Below the pieces are notes generated by a model that was not told where the DNA came from, did not search any database, and saw nothing but the letters and a program-made list of their open reading frames with translations. Source: Microcystis aeruginosa NIES-843 (GTDB taxonomy: Bacteria; Cyanobacteriota; Cyanobacteriia; Cyanobacteriales; Microcystaceae). Taken from it: a stretch of DNA of 32,000 bases. Made by a program: the position numbers and the translations under genes. Numbering within the stretch: the stretch's first letter is position 1; every line of letters begins with the position of its first letter. The DNA lies in the NCBI RefSeq assembly GCF_000010625.1, contig NC_010296.1, positions 3,180,001 through 3,212,000 of the forward strand, given 5' to 3'. Below, piece after piece: positions 8,047 through 17,335 of the stretch.

Positions 8047-8749
8047 AACTAGGCTACTGTCATTAGTAGAATAATAATGGGAATTATTATTTCCTTGTCT
8101 ATTCAACCCTCTTGGCTGTATCCCCACCAGACAAGATTGTTGGTTTTAGGGCGTATATGACCGTTGATTGTTGCTTAGACTTCCTAGTTACCCGTCCTTT
8201 GTCAGCATATCTTTGATATTACTCAAAGCCTTGGCTTTTAAGGACATCCTCTCCCTCTATTGACTTGCGGATGGTTTCCTACTGCCCCGAACGGGCAGAG
8301 TCAATCAGGGTTACTTCGTTCCCTATAACCATTGGTTGAACCCTTAGGATGATACTGTCCACAACAGAGTAACGGGAATGCCTTACTGATAGTGGTATGA
8401 GCTATCAGCCCCAACTCTGTTAACTTTTGTTTCGAGCCTGTCAGCCTTTTGGCTCGTGGGTGTTGACGATGGTTAATTCGTATCTTCGCCCCAGGGCTAT
8501 CCATAGGTTCTGGCTCAACGGGTTTCTGATTTAGGCTATCAGATACCGCTTTTTTTTCCTCGCTCACTACCTCAGATGTACCAAGTCTAAAGCAGCAGGA
8601 AATGCCGTCACTCTAGGCATCTAGAGGACAGGACTAAGGTTATTACTAACCCGCACCTGTAGGGTTATAAAGTTATCAAGGTACTACATTTACCAAGCGG
8701 CTAATCCTCTAAACGTCTTACTGTCTAGTTTCTAGCCAACGAATCGCAC

Positions 8750-8806
8750 CACACCCCACACCCTACACCCCACACCCCACACCCTACACCCCACACCCCA
8801 CACCCT
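8750..8806. repeat. Heptamer array (CCCCACA / CCCTACA; GGGGTGT on the minus strand) forming the 5' exon of the intron
   Basis: Read directly. Confidence 0.95.
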
Positions 8807-8840
8807 GTCCCCACGAAAAACTTTTTGCCGCAGACCCTAG

Positions 8841-9575
8841 TTAGCGTCCGAGGGCGTGTAATCCGTTAATAATTTCGGCACAGCGCTCGGTAACTGCCTG
8901 TAAAGCTTCTCTTTTGTTAGAAATCGGTGGCGGCAGCACTTCCCCGATGCGAATAGTTAAGGGGATACTATGGGGAAAAGAAGAACCTTTTGGAAAAATC
9001 TTTTCTGTCCCCCACAAACTGACGGGTAACAGGGGAACTCCCGCTTTAGCGGCAATCATCGCCGCGCCTAGTTTTGGTTGATGGATCAATCCGTCCTCGG
9101 TGCGCGTTCCCTCCAGAAACAATCCCACTGCCCAGCCCGCCGCTAATGCTCCCATCGCCGCCCGAATTGCCCCACGATCACCACTGCCGCGTTTGACGGG
9201 ATAGGCCCCATAAAGAGCGATCGCCTGTTTTAAAATCGGGATGGTAAATAATTCTTCTTTAGCCATATAAGCTACGGGACGACGCACGGCACAGGATAAT
9301 AGGGGTGGATCGAAGTAACTGGCGTGATTGCAGACGATAATCAGAGGATGACGCCGGGGGACATTTTCCACTCCGTAAACGCGACCGCGAAAATAGCCGT
9401 GTAGGGTTGGGCTAACGATCGACCATTTAAAGAGATGATATAAAACTAAACTGGCAAAAGGTTCTCGCTCTTGAGGCTGGTTCATGACTGACAATTGTTC
9501 CCTAGACATGGAAAAGCCCTCGGGAGTCTTGCCGTGTTTCGACCCCAAGGACTTTGCTTTCTTCTCACTCCTCAC
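8841..9575 (-). CDS. plsC: 1-acyl-sn-glycerol-3-phosphate acyltransferase (PlsC family)
   Basis: Acyltransferase motifs CNHASYFD (HX4D) and FLEGTRT. The true start may be the ATG 22 codons downstream (MSREQL..., about 9509). Confidence 0.85.
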   Translation of the reverse strand: MRSEKKAKSLGSKHGKTPEGFSMSREQLSVMNQPQEREPFASLVLYHLFKWSIVSPTLHGYFRGRVYGVENVPRRHPLIIVCNHASYFDPPLLSCAVRRPVAYMAKEELFTIPILKQAIALYGAYPVKRGSGDRGAIRAAMGALAAGWAVGLFLEGTRTEDGLIHQPKLGAAMIAAKAGVPLLPVSLWGTEKIFPKGSSFPHSIPLTIRIGEVLPPPISNKREALQAVTERCAEIINGLHALGR

Positions 9576-9896
9576 ACAATTAAAATATATAGCAATTTAT
9601 GGGTTAGGGAAAGGTTAAGCGTGCCGCTTTCTTAACTGGCATAATTACTTAGCTAGGGTTGAGAGCGGCAAAAGGATTAGCAAGATGTGTCCGACTAAAT
9701 CCTGTTTAAAAAGTATAGGAAAGTTGAGAGGGGTGCGTGGGTAGCGGCTTAGCAGCAAGCGGGGAGAAACAATCCATAACTTGGGAGTTAATCGCACTAT
9801 TAAAAACGGATTTGGTGTAATTAATTTTGCTTAGGTATTGAAAAAAAGTTGGGCTAAAATATAAAGGCCAAATCTAGTCAGAAAAAGAGAATTTTT

Positions 9897-10097
9897 ATGG
9901 AAAAACAGGTAAATTGTGCTGTAGATTGCCTAAATGGTTGTATTTTAGGCGATAAATGCCCCAATCAAGCTCATGCCGCTGAAGCAGCCAAATTCATTGC
10001 CGAAACTTCTTTGGAAAAGATGCTAGAAATGGCAGAAGCCGCTAGACTAAAAAAACTGACGCAACCGACCCAATGGATTATTCCCGATGATTTCTAG
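9897..10097 (+). CDS. Small Cys-rich hypothetical protein (66 aa)
   Basis: ATG-initiated ORF with CAVDCLNGCILGDKC followed by a helical tail. I recognise no family. Confidence 0.45.
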   Translation: MEKQVNCAVDCLNGCILGDKCPNQAHAAEAAKFIAETSLEKMLEMAEAARLKKLTQPTQWIIPDDF

Positions 10098-10836
10098 GGT
10101 TTGGCCGGGGAACGGGGAACGGGGGTGTTGACGATGGTTAATTCGTATCTTCGCCCCAGGGCTATCCATAAGTTCTGGCTCAACGGGTTTCTGATTTAGG
10201 CCATCACAGCAATTCTCATTTTAAAAAGTAACAAGTGATACAGACAGAAACAAAGCTTTAAGCAAGCTACAAAATGCGCTCCCGCGAGTGCGACTGCATC
10301 GCAGAGAAGTGAGTATATAGAGTATTTATACTCAAAATATTTGAAAGATGGGAGAAATCTAGAACAAAAGTTCTCTACATCAGAAAGAGAACCAAATAAA
10401 AATTGATGATTGTTGTCTGTTGAGGTAAAATTATTAAGTTGGAAATATTAATTAATCAAACTGTTCTGCGATGACGAAAAAGGCTGTGACTTGAGAAATT
10501 CCTGAATTAATACAATTTTTAGTTCAAGAATTACATGACTTACCCGATGACAGAAAACCAGGAAACAATACCAAATATCAGGTAGAAGATGCAGTTAAGG
10601 CGGCTTTTTCGGTTTTTTTTACTCAGTCACCTTCTTTTTTAGAGCATCAACGTTTGATGAAAAGTAGTAAGGGAAAAGATAATGCTTCAAGTTTATTTGG
10701 TATCAAAAAAATACCTGGTGATAATCAAATCAGAAACCTGTTAGATCCTATCCCAGCTGCCACAATATTTGGCTCTTTTCAACAAGTCTATCAATGGTTA
10801 AAAAAACCGGGAGTTATTAAAAAATTTTTCTACTTA

Positions 10837-11870
10837 TAGCAATTCTTGGAGCTATGAGGTACAATAGAAAGTAAATAGACAAATAATAGAACTTACCAGC
10901 TTCCTATGAGACCCTATTCCGTAGATTTTCGCCAAAAAATTATCGATGTCTGGAAGAAAGAAAAAATTTCCATTCGAGGACTAGCCCAGAGATTTGACGT
11001 GGCTAAAAGCTTTATTCAGAAGTTATTGAAGCAACATAAAGAAACAGGAGATATCCGTCCTCGTCCGCAAGGGGGAAGTCCGCCAACCAAGTTAAATAGT
11101 GAACAACTGATAATTTTAATAGAAATCATCGAAGCTAACAATGATGCAACTCTCGAAGAATTATCGGACTTACTGTATGAAAAGACACAGGTGAAAGTCA
11201 GTAGAGCCACCCTGGGGCGGCTTACGCAAAAACTCAATTACAGTTTCAAAAAAAAACACTACACGCGGCGGAAAAAGAAAGTGACAGGGTACAGCAAAAA
11301 AGAGTGGAATACTGGTCAGAAGTTCGGGAAATTGAGGCATCAAAACTAATTTTCATCGATGAATCGGGGGTAAATTTAGCCCTTTTGAGACTCTATGCTA
11401 GAGCCTTAATTGGCCGAAGAGCTCGGGGAAGAAAACCACAAAAAAGAGGGAGAAATATTTCAATAATTAGTGCTATAAGCTGAGAAAAAGTTGTCGCATC
11501 AGTCAACATATACGGTGCAGTGGATGCGGTAACATTTGAAGGATTTATTCTAAAGGAAGTGCTGCCAAAAATTAAAGAAGGAGACTGTCTGATCATGGAT
11601 AACGCCAAGATTCATCTCGGAGAAATGGTCAGAGAAATAATCGAACAAGAAAAAGCTAGACTCATCTATTTACCTCCTTATTCTCCCGAATTCTCTCCTA
11701 TTGAAAACTTTTGGTCAAAAGTGAAAGCGACGTTAAGAAAACTGAAGGCGAGAACTTACAAAGACTTAATAGAAGGGATTGAATTGGCTATGTTAGAAGT
11801 TACTCAAAAAGATATTCGCAATTGGTTTACTCACTGTTGCTACTGTACCTCATAAGTCAGAGAATTGCTA
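10837..11870 (+). mobile_element. IS630-family element no. 1 (1034 bp), TA target duplication
   Basis: ~29-bp terminal inverted repeats: TAGCAATTCTTGGAGCTATGAGGTACAAT versus the reverse complement TAGCAATTCTCTGACTTATGAGGTACAGT. Flanking TA at 10835-10836 and 11871-11872. Confidence 0.85.
10906..11855 (+). pseudogene. IS630-family transposase; needs a -1 shift at an A9 run (~11247) and has an in-frame TGA at 11481-11483
   Basis: An HTH N-terminal ORF is followed, in the -1 frame, by ...KLIFIDESGVNLALLRLYARA...ISAIS*EKVV...DCLIMDNAKIH...PPYSPEFSPIENFWSKVK (DDE_3 motifs). Confidence 0.8.
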
Positions 11871-13854
11871 TAGATGAGGAAATTTTAATAGCTTTAGATG
11901 GTACGGAATATTTTTCTTCAAAGAAAATTAGTTGTCCCCATTGTAATTGCCGCAATCCTCGTAATGGAACGACAACTTATTTTCATGGTTGCGTCACGCC
12001 AATTGTGGTTTCTCCTGAGCAAAAACAAGTGATTAATTTAGAACCAGAATTTATTAAAAAACAAGATGGGCAGCAAAAACAAGATTGTGAAAATGCGGCT
12101 GTTAAAAGATGGTTAGATAAGAATCATCAAAAGAAGTATGGTTATCCTGTAACCCTGTTAGGAGATGACTTATACTCTCGCCAACCTATCTGTGAGTTAG
12201 CTCTAAAACAAGGTTATAATTTTATTTTTGTTTGTCTTGAAACTTCTCATAAAACCTTATATGAATGGCGAGAATTTTTAGAAAAAAGTGGAGAAGTTAA
12301 AACCGTAGAAAAGAAACAATGGGATGGACGAAAGAATCTCATTTATCGTTATCGTTATGTTTCTAGAGTTCCTCTGAGAGAGGTCGAGTCAAGTCTCGAA
12401 GTTAATTGGTGTGAAGTCACGGTCATTAATGAAAAAACACAGAAAATTATCTATCAAAATAATTGGATTACCAATCATCAAATTACTGAAAATAATGTTG
12501 AAAAAATTGTCAAAGCTGGACGCAGCAGATGGAAAGTTGAGAATGAAGGAAATAACGTTCTTAAAAATCACGGTTATAATTTAGAACATAATTTTGGTCA
12601 TGGTCAAAGTCATTTATGCGAGTTCTTGTTGTCTTTAAATTTACTAGCTTTTTTATTTCATACCGTTTTAGATTTAGTTAATCATACTTATCAAAAGATT
12701 CGTGAGTTATTAGTTACTCGCACCAGTTTTTTTAATGATATTCGTACTTTATTAAAATATTTTTGGTTTAAGAATTGGTCAGAGTTTTTCTTGTTTATTC
12801 TTACCGAATATGTCCCGCTCAAAAAAATAAATTCTAGTTAAAAATGTCAATTTTTCGAGAGAAGGAAAGATTATTTTATTCATTGAAAAAACCACAAATT
12901 AGGTCAGAATTTCAGCTAAATTTATGAGTTGAGATAAGTTTTTTATGGGCAGATATTTTAAAACTGTCTCTTGAAGCTAATTATGATGATTATCTTGAAA
13001 AAAAATGATAATTAGACAGAAGTTCTCTTGTTCACATAGAGAACTTTATCTTCTTTTGTTTTCAAAATGAGAATTGCTGAGGCCATCAGATACCGCTTTT
13101 TTTCCTCGCTCACTACCTCAGATGTACCCGGTCTCAAGCAGCAGAAAATGCCGTCACTCTAGGCATCTAGAGGACAGGACTAATACCAAATTTCTAAATT
13201 CCTGACAGACATAGAGCTTCTAAAATCCAAGACCATCCCGTTAAATACCCGATAGTGTCATTGGATAAACGATTTAAAAGAGCATCGAGTTTATCTCTTA
13301 AAGCATCAAGAGATTCAAAAGTTTCCCATGCCAGAAAATTTTTCAGGTACAGCCAAACTCTCTGTTGCGGGGTTAACTTCAGGACAACAAGAAGGTTGAT
13401 AAAACAAGATAATATTGTCGGGAATTTCTAAGTGTCCCGCCATATGTGCAGGAGCGTTATCTACTTGTAAAATATGTAATTCATTGGGAAAAGCTGGCGA
13501 TAGTTGTAATAGATATTCTCCGAAACAATCCCCATCTAAATGGGAGAATTCATAGAAGAAGCTTCTGCCCTGTCGAGGCTCTACAGGCCCGTACAGCCAA
13601 AAGCATTGGAAGTTATCTTGAAAATTACCAATCGGCTTAACTCCGAAAAGAGTTATTTTATTCCGAGCCATAGTGTGACCACCAAATCTACTTTCATCCT
13701 CGCACCAAAAACTTACTTTCTCGTAACGCTTTACTTTCTCGCTTTCCCTCTCTAGTAAAGCTTTTAGTCGTTTAGATAAGTTCGCTTTAAACTCATCTAC
13801 TTCGCCAGGCAATTGTCTCGGATTTCGTGGTCTAGGTACTTTTAATTTTTAATT

Positions 13855-15117
13855 GGGAGCATCTCACTTGTGCAATGAGTATTAATGCTTATAGCCGTCA
13901 AAAACTAGAAAATCTCGAACTTTATCACAAAGAGAAATGAGATTATAATAGTTATAACTTACGATTCAGAATATATCTCGATGGGAGGAACAATCCAATG
14001 TTATCAGAAAATGAAAAAAGAATTCAAGAGTTATCCCGAGAGTTGGGAGCGTGTCTCTATGAGCAATCCCAAATTAAGAAATTTAATAACTTGGGAGAAA
14101 TAGAGGAGACGGTCAGAGATTTAATGATTCAGTATGTTAACCCAGAAATCGGTATTTTTTTATCAAAACAAGTACAGAAGAAACCGCCGGTCGGACGAGA
14201 AAAGTGAAAAGTATTTTGGGGGAATTACCAATTACAGAAAAACAAGCGAAGAAGTTAGAAGTAAAGCCGAGAACTCAGATGAGTCCAATGTTAGAGAAGA
14301 ACTGTTTGCTATTAAGTGGCGATGAATCCTATGAGAAATCGGAGCAGAAAATCAAATCATTGACAGGAATTGCTGTTTCTCACAGTACCCAACAACGCCT
14401 CGTACATCGCTATCATTTTGAAGAATTACCGTCTAACCTAGAAGTCGAAGTCGAAGAAATGAGCATAGATGGCGGTAAGGTACAACTGAGAACTCCCAAG
14501 GGAGAAGCCTTAATTTGGCGTGATTATAAAGCAGTGAGTTTTCATCAACTGGGGGTAGCGGCTTTTTTTCAAGATAACTCGGCTTTATTAGATTTGGTTA
14601 ATTCTCAAGTTTTGGTTAAACCTTTAATTTGTTTAGGAGATGGACATGATGGTATCTGGAATTTATTTCGTCAGATAGGAGAGAAACATGAAAGAATTGA
14701 AATTTTGGATTGGTATCATTTAATCGAAAACCTCTATAAAGTTGGCGGGTCATTCCAGCGAATTGAGGAGGTAAAATGTTTTCTATGGAAGGGGGAAGTG
14801 GATGCTGCTATCTCTTGTGCGCGAAGGATGGTCAGAGCCTCAAGTTGAGAATTTTATTACTTATTTGAACAAGCATAAACATCGAATTGTCAATTATGGT
14901 TATTTTCAAGAAGAGGGGATTTCCATTGGTTCTGGCTCTGTGGAATCTCAGGTGAAACAAATTAGTTTTCGTGTTAAAATTGCCGGTGCAAGTTGGAATT
15001 CTGGCAATGTACCGCAAGTCCTTCGTCATCGCTGTGCCTATCTGAATGGTTCTCTTTTTTAACTTTTTTATTTACCTCATTAAGCATAAATGCTTAATGC
15101 AAAGGTGAGATGCTCCC
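13855..15117 (+). mobile_element. ISKra4-like insertion sequence (1263 bp) with an 8-bp duplication TTTTAATT
   Basis: The terminal repeats are GGGAGCATCTCAC and GTGAGATGCTCCC. TTTTAATT is present at 13847-13854 and 15118-15125. Confidence 0.8.
13998..15062 (+). pseudogene. Transposase of the ISKra4-like element, spread over three frames (13998-14207, 14204-14848, 14802-15062)
   Basis: The consecutive ORFs contain CLGDGHDGIWN and LDWYHLIENL motifs. I assigned the family from memory of ISKra4-type proteins and did not check it. Confidence 0.6.
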
Positions 15118-15516
15118 TTTTAATTGAGCTTCCTAATTCCTCTCTAACGAGACGATAAACTGTTGTATAGCTGACGGAAATTTCTCGAACGACCGAGAGC
15201 CAAAAATAAATCTCTTTATAGCTGGTAAAACCCACTGGGTCTTTTAATTCGTTTTGTAAAAGAGCGACTTCTTCTACCGAAATCTTTTTCGGTCTTCCTG
15301 GTGGGTTTCCTTCAGATAATAATCGCTCGATTCCTCCTTTTTTGTAAAAACTTAACCAGCGATGGATTGTTCTTTCCCCTCGTCCCATTAATACCGCTAA
15401 ATGGCGAACCGTCTCTACCTCCCCCATCTTCAAAAAATATAAGGACTGTACTTTAGCGTAGTGGACTGTTTCAGCTAAAATAGGGCAATAGCTCGAACAA
15501 GCAGAGGACATCAATC

Positions 15517-16785
15517 ATGGGAAGAGGTCGGCGAGATAAAGTCAATCTAACAGGGGAACAAAGAGAAAACCTCGAACAAATCAGTCGTAATGGCTATGCA
15601 CCAGCTAAAAAAATTCTCCACGCTCGGATTTTGCTGATGTGTGACGAGGGAGAACAGGCGAAAAGGAAATGGACAGATGAAGAAATAGGCGAAGCTTTAG
15701 AAGTTCATAGAAATACAGTGGGACGTATTCGTCAAAGATTTCTTCAAAAAGGCGAAAAACCAGCATTAGAACGGAAATCGAGAAAAACTCCCCCCACTCC
15801 GGCAAAAGTTGATGGAGCCGCCGCCGCCCAAATCATTGCCCTGTGCTGTTCGGAGCCACCATCTGGCCGAGCCGAGTGGACAATCCGACTATTAACCTCG
15901 GAACTCAAACAAAGACAAATTATCACCGAGATTTCCAGTCCAACGGTGTGGCGTACTCTAAAAAAAACCAATTACGCCCTTGGAAAACCCAAAGATACTG
16001 TATTCCGGAACAGGATTTAGCCCGATTTGTTGCCCAGATGGAAGTTGTCCTTGACCTGTATGGCACTCACACCATTTTTCTTTATTCGCGTCACAACGAA
16101 CACCGGCTTGGCAAGCATTCGAGCGTGGATGTCTGTCATGGATTTAGAAATTTGGTATCAGCCATCGGAAGAAGAACCGTTAATCGCGATGGATGAAGCA
16201 TCAAAGCAACTACTTGGAGAAGTTTACCCTCCGATACCCATGCAACCTGGACAAGATAAAAAAGAAGACTATCACTATAGTCGTGAAGGGGTTCAAGCCT
16301 TGTTCATGTTTTTTGACCCCCATCGAGGATGGAGACGGGTGAGTAACCGAGATAGTCGAACCCGAATAGATTGGGCAGAAGAAATTCGTCAATTATTGGA
16401 TGTGGACTATCCAAAGGCTCGAAAAGTCAAGCTCGTCTGTGATAATCTCAACACTCATAACATAGCCTCGCTTTATGAAGCATTTCCAGCACCCGTTGCT
16501 CATCGTTTAGCTAGAAGACTGGAAATTTATTACACACCTCGTAATGGTAGCTGGTTAAATGTAGCCGAAACTGAACTAAGCGTCTTATCGAGGCAATGTT
16601 TAGATAGAAGGATTTCTAGCAAGGAAGAACTGAAAAGGGAGATAGAAACCTGGCAAAAAGAACGTAATCAGACTGCATCTACAGTAATATGGACGTTTAC
16701 GACCAGCGATGCTAGGGTCAAGCTGAAACATCTTTATCCTGTGTTTGAGGAGGAGGAATCGGGAGAATCTATTGCACCAAATTAG
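15517..16785 (+). pseudogene. IS630-family transposase; A8 slip site at ~15960 and interrupted by a 95-bp insertion
   Basis: The HTH ORF is followed, in the -1 frame, by LKKNQLRPWKTQRYCIPEQDLARFVAQMEVVLDLY. After removing 16061-16157 it continues QPSEEEPLIAMDEASKQ...CDNLNTHN...YTPRNGSWLNVAE. Confidence 0.8.
16061..16155. mobile_element. 95-bp miniature insertion at a TA site inside the IS630 no. 3 transposase gene
   Basis: Deleting 95 bp plus one TA gives the in-frame sequence VVLDLYQPSEEEPLIAMDE. One end, read as reverse complement, is TACCAAATTTCTAAATCCATGACAGAC, about 25/27 identical to the terminus of IS630 no. 2 at 13184. The other end is only weakly repeat-like. Confidence 0.65.
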
Positions 16786-16900
16786 CTGAAACAGTCCAGT
16801 AGGCTAAACTACTTTTTTGTTGTTTCATTAATTCTTTTAAATCTTCTACTGACTCAACAATATCAATTTTGGGTACGACTGGCATCGCTAATTTATACAC

Positions 16901-17089
16901 TTAATGGGACTTAGGCGTTTTCGGTCAGCAAAAAAGGCTCAAACCATTACGGGACAAAGGGTTAACCTCGATTTATGATTTTCCTTGATATATCTGGGTT
17001 TCAGCGATTTTGGGCTTCTCGAAGTAAATCCCAAGCGGGGATTGGAGTTGAGGCTTTTCTCGATTTGTTTTTTGTCTAAGTCCCATTAA
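16901..17089. mobile_element. 189-bp MITE in the 5' leader of IS630 no. 2
   Basis: 14-bp perfect inverted termini TTAATGGGACTTAG and CTAAGTCCCATTAA. No coding capacity. Confidence 0.6.
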
Positions 17090-17142
17090 TCATCTTTTCT
17101 ATAAGTATGCCATAGTTTTTGAAATTTGGTATAAGGCTATTA

Positions 17143-17228
17143 AGCTTAGACGCACTTACATTGCACTTTAATATCCTGGAACGCCTTGTAGATAGGGATA
17201 CGAGTAGGAAACTTAAATGCGTCTAAGC
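17143..17228. mobile_element. 86-bp mini-MITE inserted into intron copy 2
   Basis: Inverted termini (A)GCTTAGACGCA and TGCGTCTAAGC. TTA is present on both sides (17140-17142 and 17229-17231). Removing it recreates the GGCTATTACTAACCC sequence seen in copy 1. Confidence 0.55.
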
Positions 17229-17335
17229 TTACTAACCCGCACCTGTAGGGTTATAAAGTTATCAAGGTACTACATTTACCACGCGGCTAATCCTCTAAAC
17301 GTCTTACTGTCTAGTTTCTAGCCAACGAATCGCAC

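Larger units (their letters stand above)
6277..8749 (-). mobile_element. ORF-less group II intron (~785 nt of intron RNA) interrupted by an IS5 element between domains IV and V
   Basis: On the minus strand the 5' end is GTGCG (8749-8745). A 34-nt domain V, GAGCCGGATACGGCGAAAGTCGTAAGTCCGGTTT (6351-6318), has the AGC triad and a GAAA loop. A domain VI-like hairpin follows and the 3' end is AAC (6279-6277). No reverse transcriptase ORF is present. Confidence 0.75.
5991..8838 (-). mobile_element. Composite MITE of the same family as 942-1158. It hosts several heptamer arrays and a group II intron, which in turn hosts an IS5
   Basis: 5988-6027 is an exact 40-nt reverse complement of 1120-1159. 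8821-8838 (CTTTTTGCCGCAGACCCT) is the inverted counterpart of 942-959. The flanking tetranucleotides are ATTT and AGTT, an imperfect duplication. Confidence 0.55.
10471..12841 (+). pseudogene. DDE transposase of the IS4-like element; split by the IS630 insertion and carrying an in-frame TGA at 10492-10494
   Basis: Removing 10837-11872 joins ...VIKKFFYL to DEEILIALDGTEYFSSKKISCPHC... in frame. An RW.VENE..N.LK motif lies near the C-terminus. The ATG at 10471 is in the same frame but is followed by TGA after 7 codons. Confidence 0.75.
10207..13079 (+). mobile_element. IS4-superfamily insertion sequence (about 1.84 kb of its own sequence) with a 9-bp duplication; itself interrupted by an IS630 element
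   Basis: Perfect 16-bp terminal inverted repeats CAGCAATTCTCATTTT / AAAATGAGAATTGCTG. AGGCCATCA is present at 10198-10206 and 13080-13088. Confidence 0.85.
15461..16799 (+). mobile_element. IS630-family element no. 3, TA duplication; inserted in the 5' coding region of IS630 no. 2
   Basis: Inverted termini GTGGACTGTTTCAGCT (15461) and AGCTGAAACAGTCCAG (16799). TA is present at 15459-15460 and 16800-16801. Removing the element restores the host reading frame. Confidence 0.85.
13315..16885 (-). pseudogene. Transposase of IS630 no. 2, in three pieces (16885-16802, 15458-15126, 13846-13315) plus a frameshift
   Basis: Joined across the insertions it reads MPVVPKIDIVESVEDLKELMKQQKSSLAYAKVQSLYFLKMGEVETV...REELGSSIK / (K)LKVPRPRNPRQLPGEVDEF...WCEDESRFG...LQVDNAPAH. 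The first 29 codons of ORF 15080-15514 belong to the neighbouring IS. Confidence 0.75.
13184..17131 (-). mobile_element. IS630-family element no. 2, expanded to 3.9 kb by three internal insertions
   Basis: The termini TACCAAATTTC... (13184) and ...GAAATTTGGTA (17131) are inverted. TAA is present at 13181-13183 and 17132-17134, which matches the uninterrupted intron copy (GGACTAAGG). Confidence 0.8.
10123..17335 (-). mobile_element. Second copy of the group II intron, 5' part only, in three pieces (17335-17229, 13183-13080, 10206-10123) separated by nested insertions
   Basis: The pieces align in order, with a few mismatches, to 8749-8643, 8637-8534 and 8542-8458 of copy 1 (the last two overlap by the 9-bp target duplication). 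The same GTGCG 5' end abuts the same heptamer exon. Everything 3' of the position equivalent to 8458 is missing. Confidence 0.75.

Noticed and set aside
8301-8567. 88-aa ORF inside the intron, considered as a possible intron-encoded protein
   Set aside because: It lies in the region corresponding to ribozyme domain I rather than domain IV. It has no RT or maturase motifs. The equivalent stretch of copy 2 carries substitutions and insertions without regard to the frame.
8750-8806. Heptamer arrays as possible CRISPR or telomere-like functional arrays
   Set aside because: The 7-nt units are directly abutting with no spacers, there are no cas genes, and the arrays sit inside transposon boundaries. 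They are simple tandem repeats.
9640-9700. TAGGGTTGAGAGCGGCAAAAGG upstream of plsC resembles the MITE end TAGGGTTTGCGGCAAAAAG
   Set aside because: The similarity is partial, there is no partner end at a sensible distance, and no duplication is visible. It may be a decayed solo end but cannot be supported.
15459-15514. N-terminal 29 codons of ORF 15080-15514 (MMSSACSSYCPILAETVHYAKV...)
   Set aside because: This part is the terminal repeat and leader of IS630 no. 3 read on the opposite strand. The genuine N-terminus of the interrupted transposase continues at 16802-16885.
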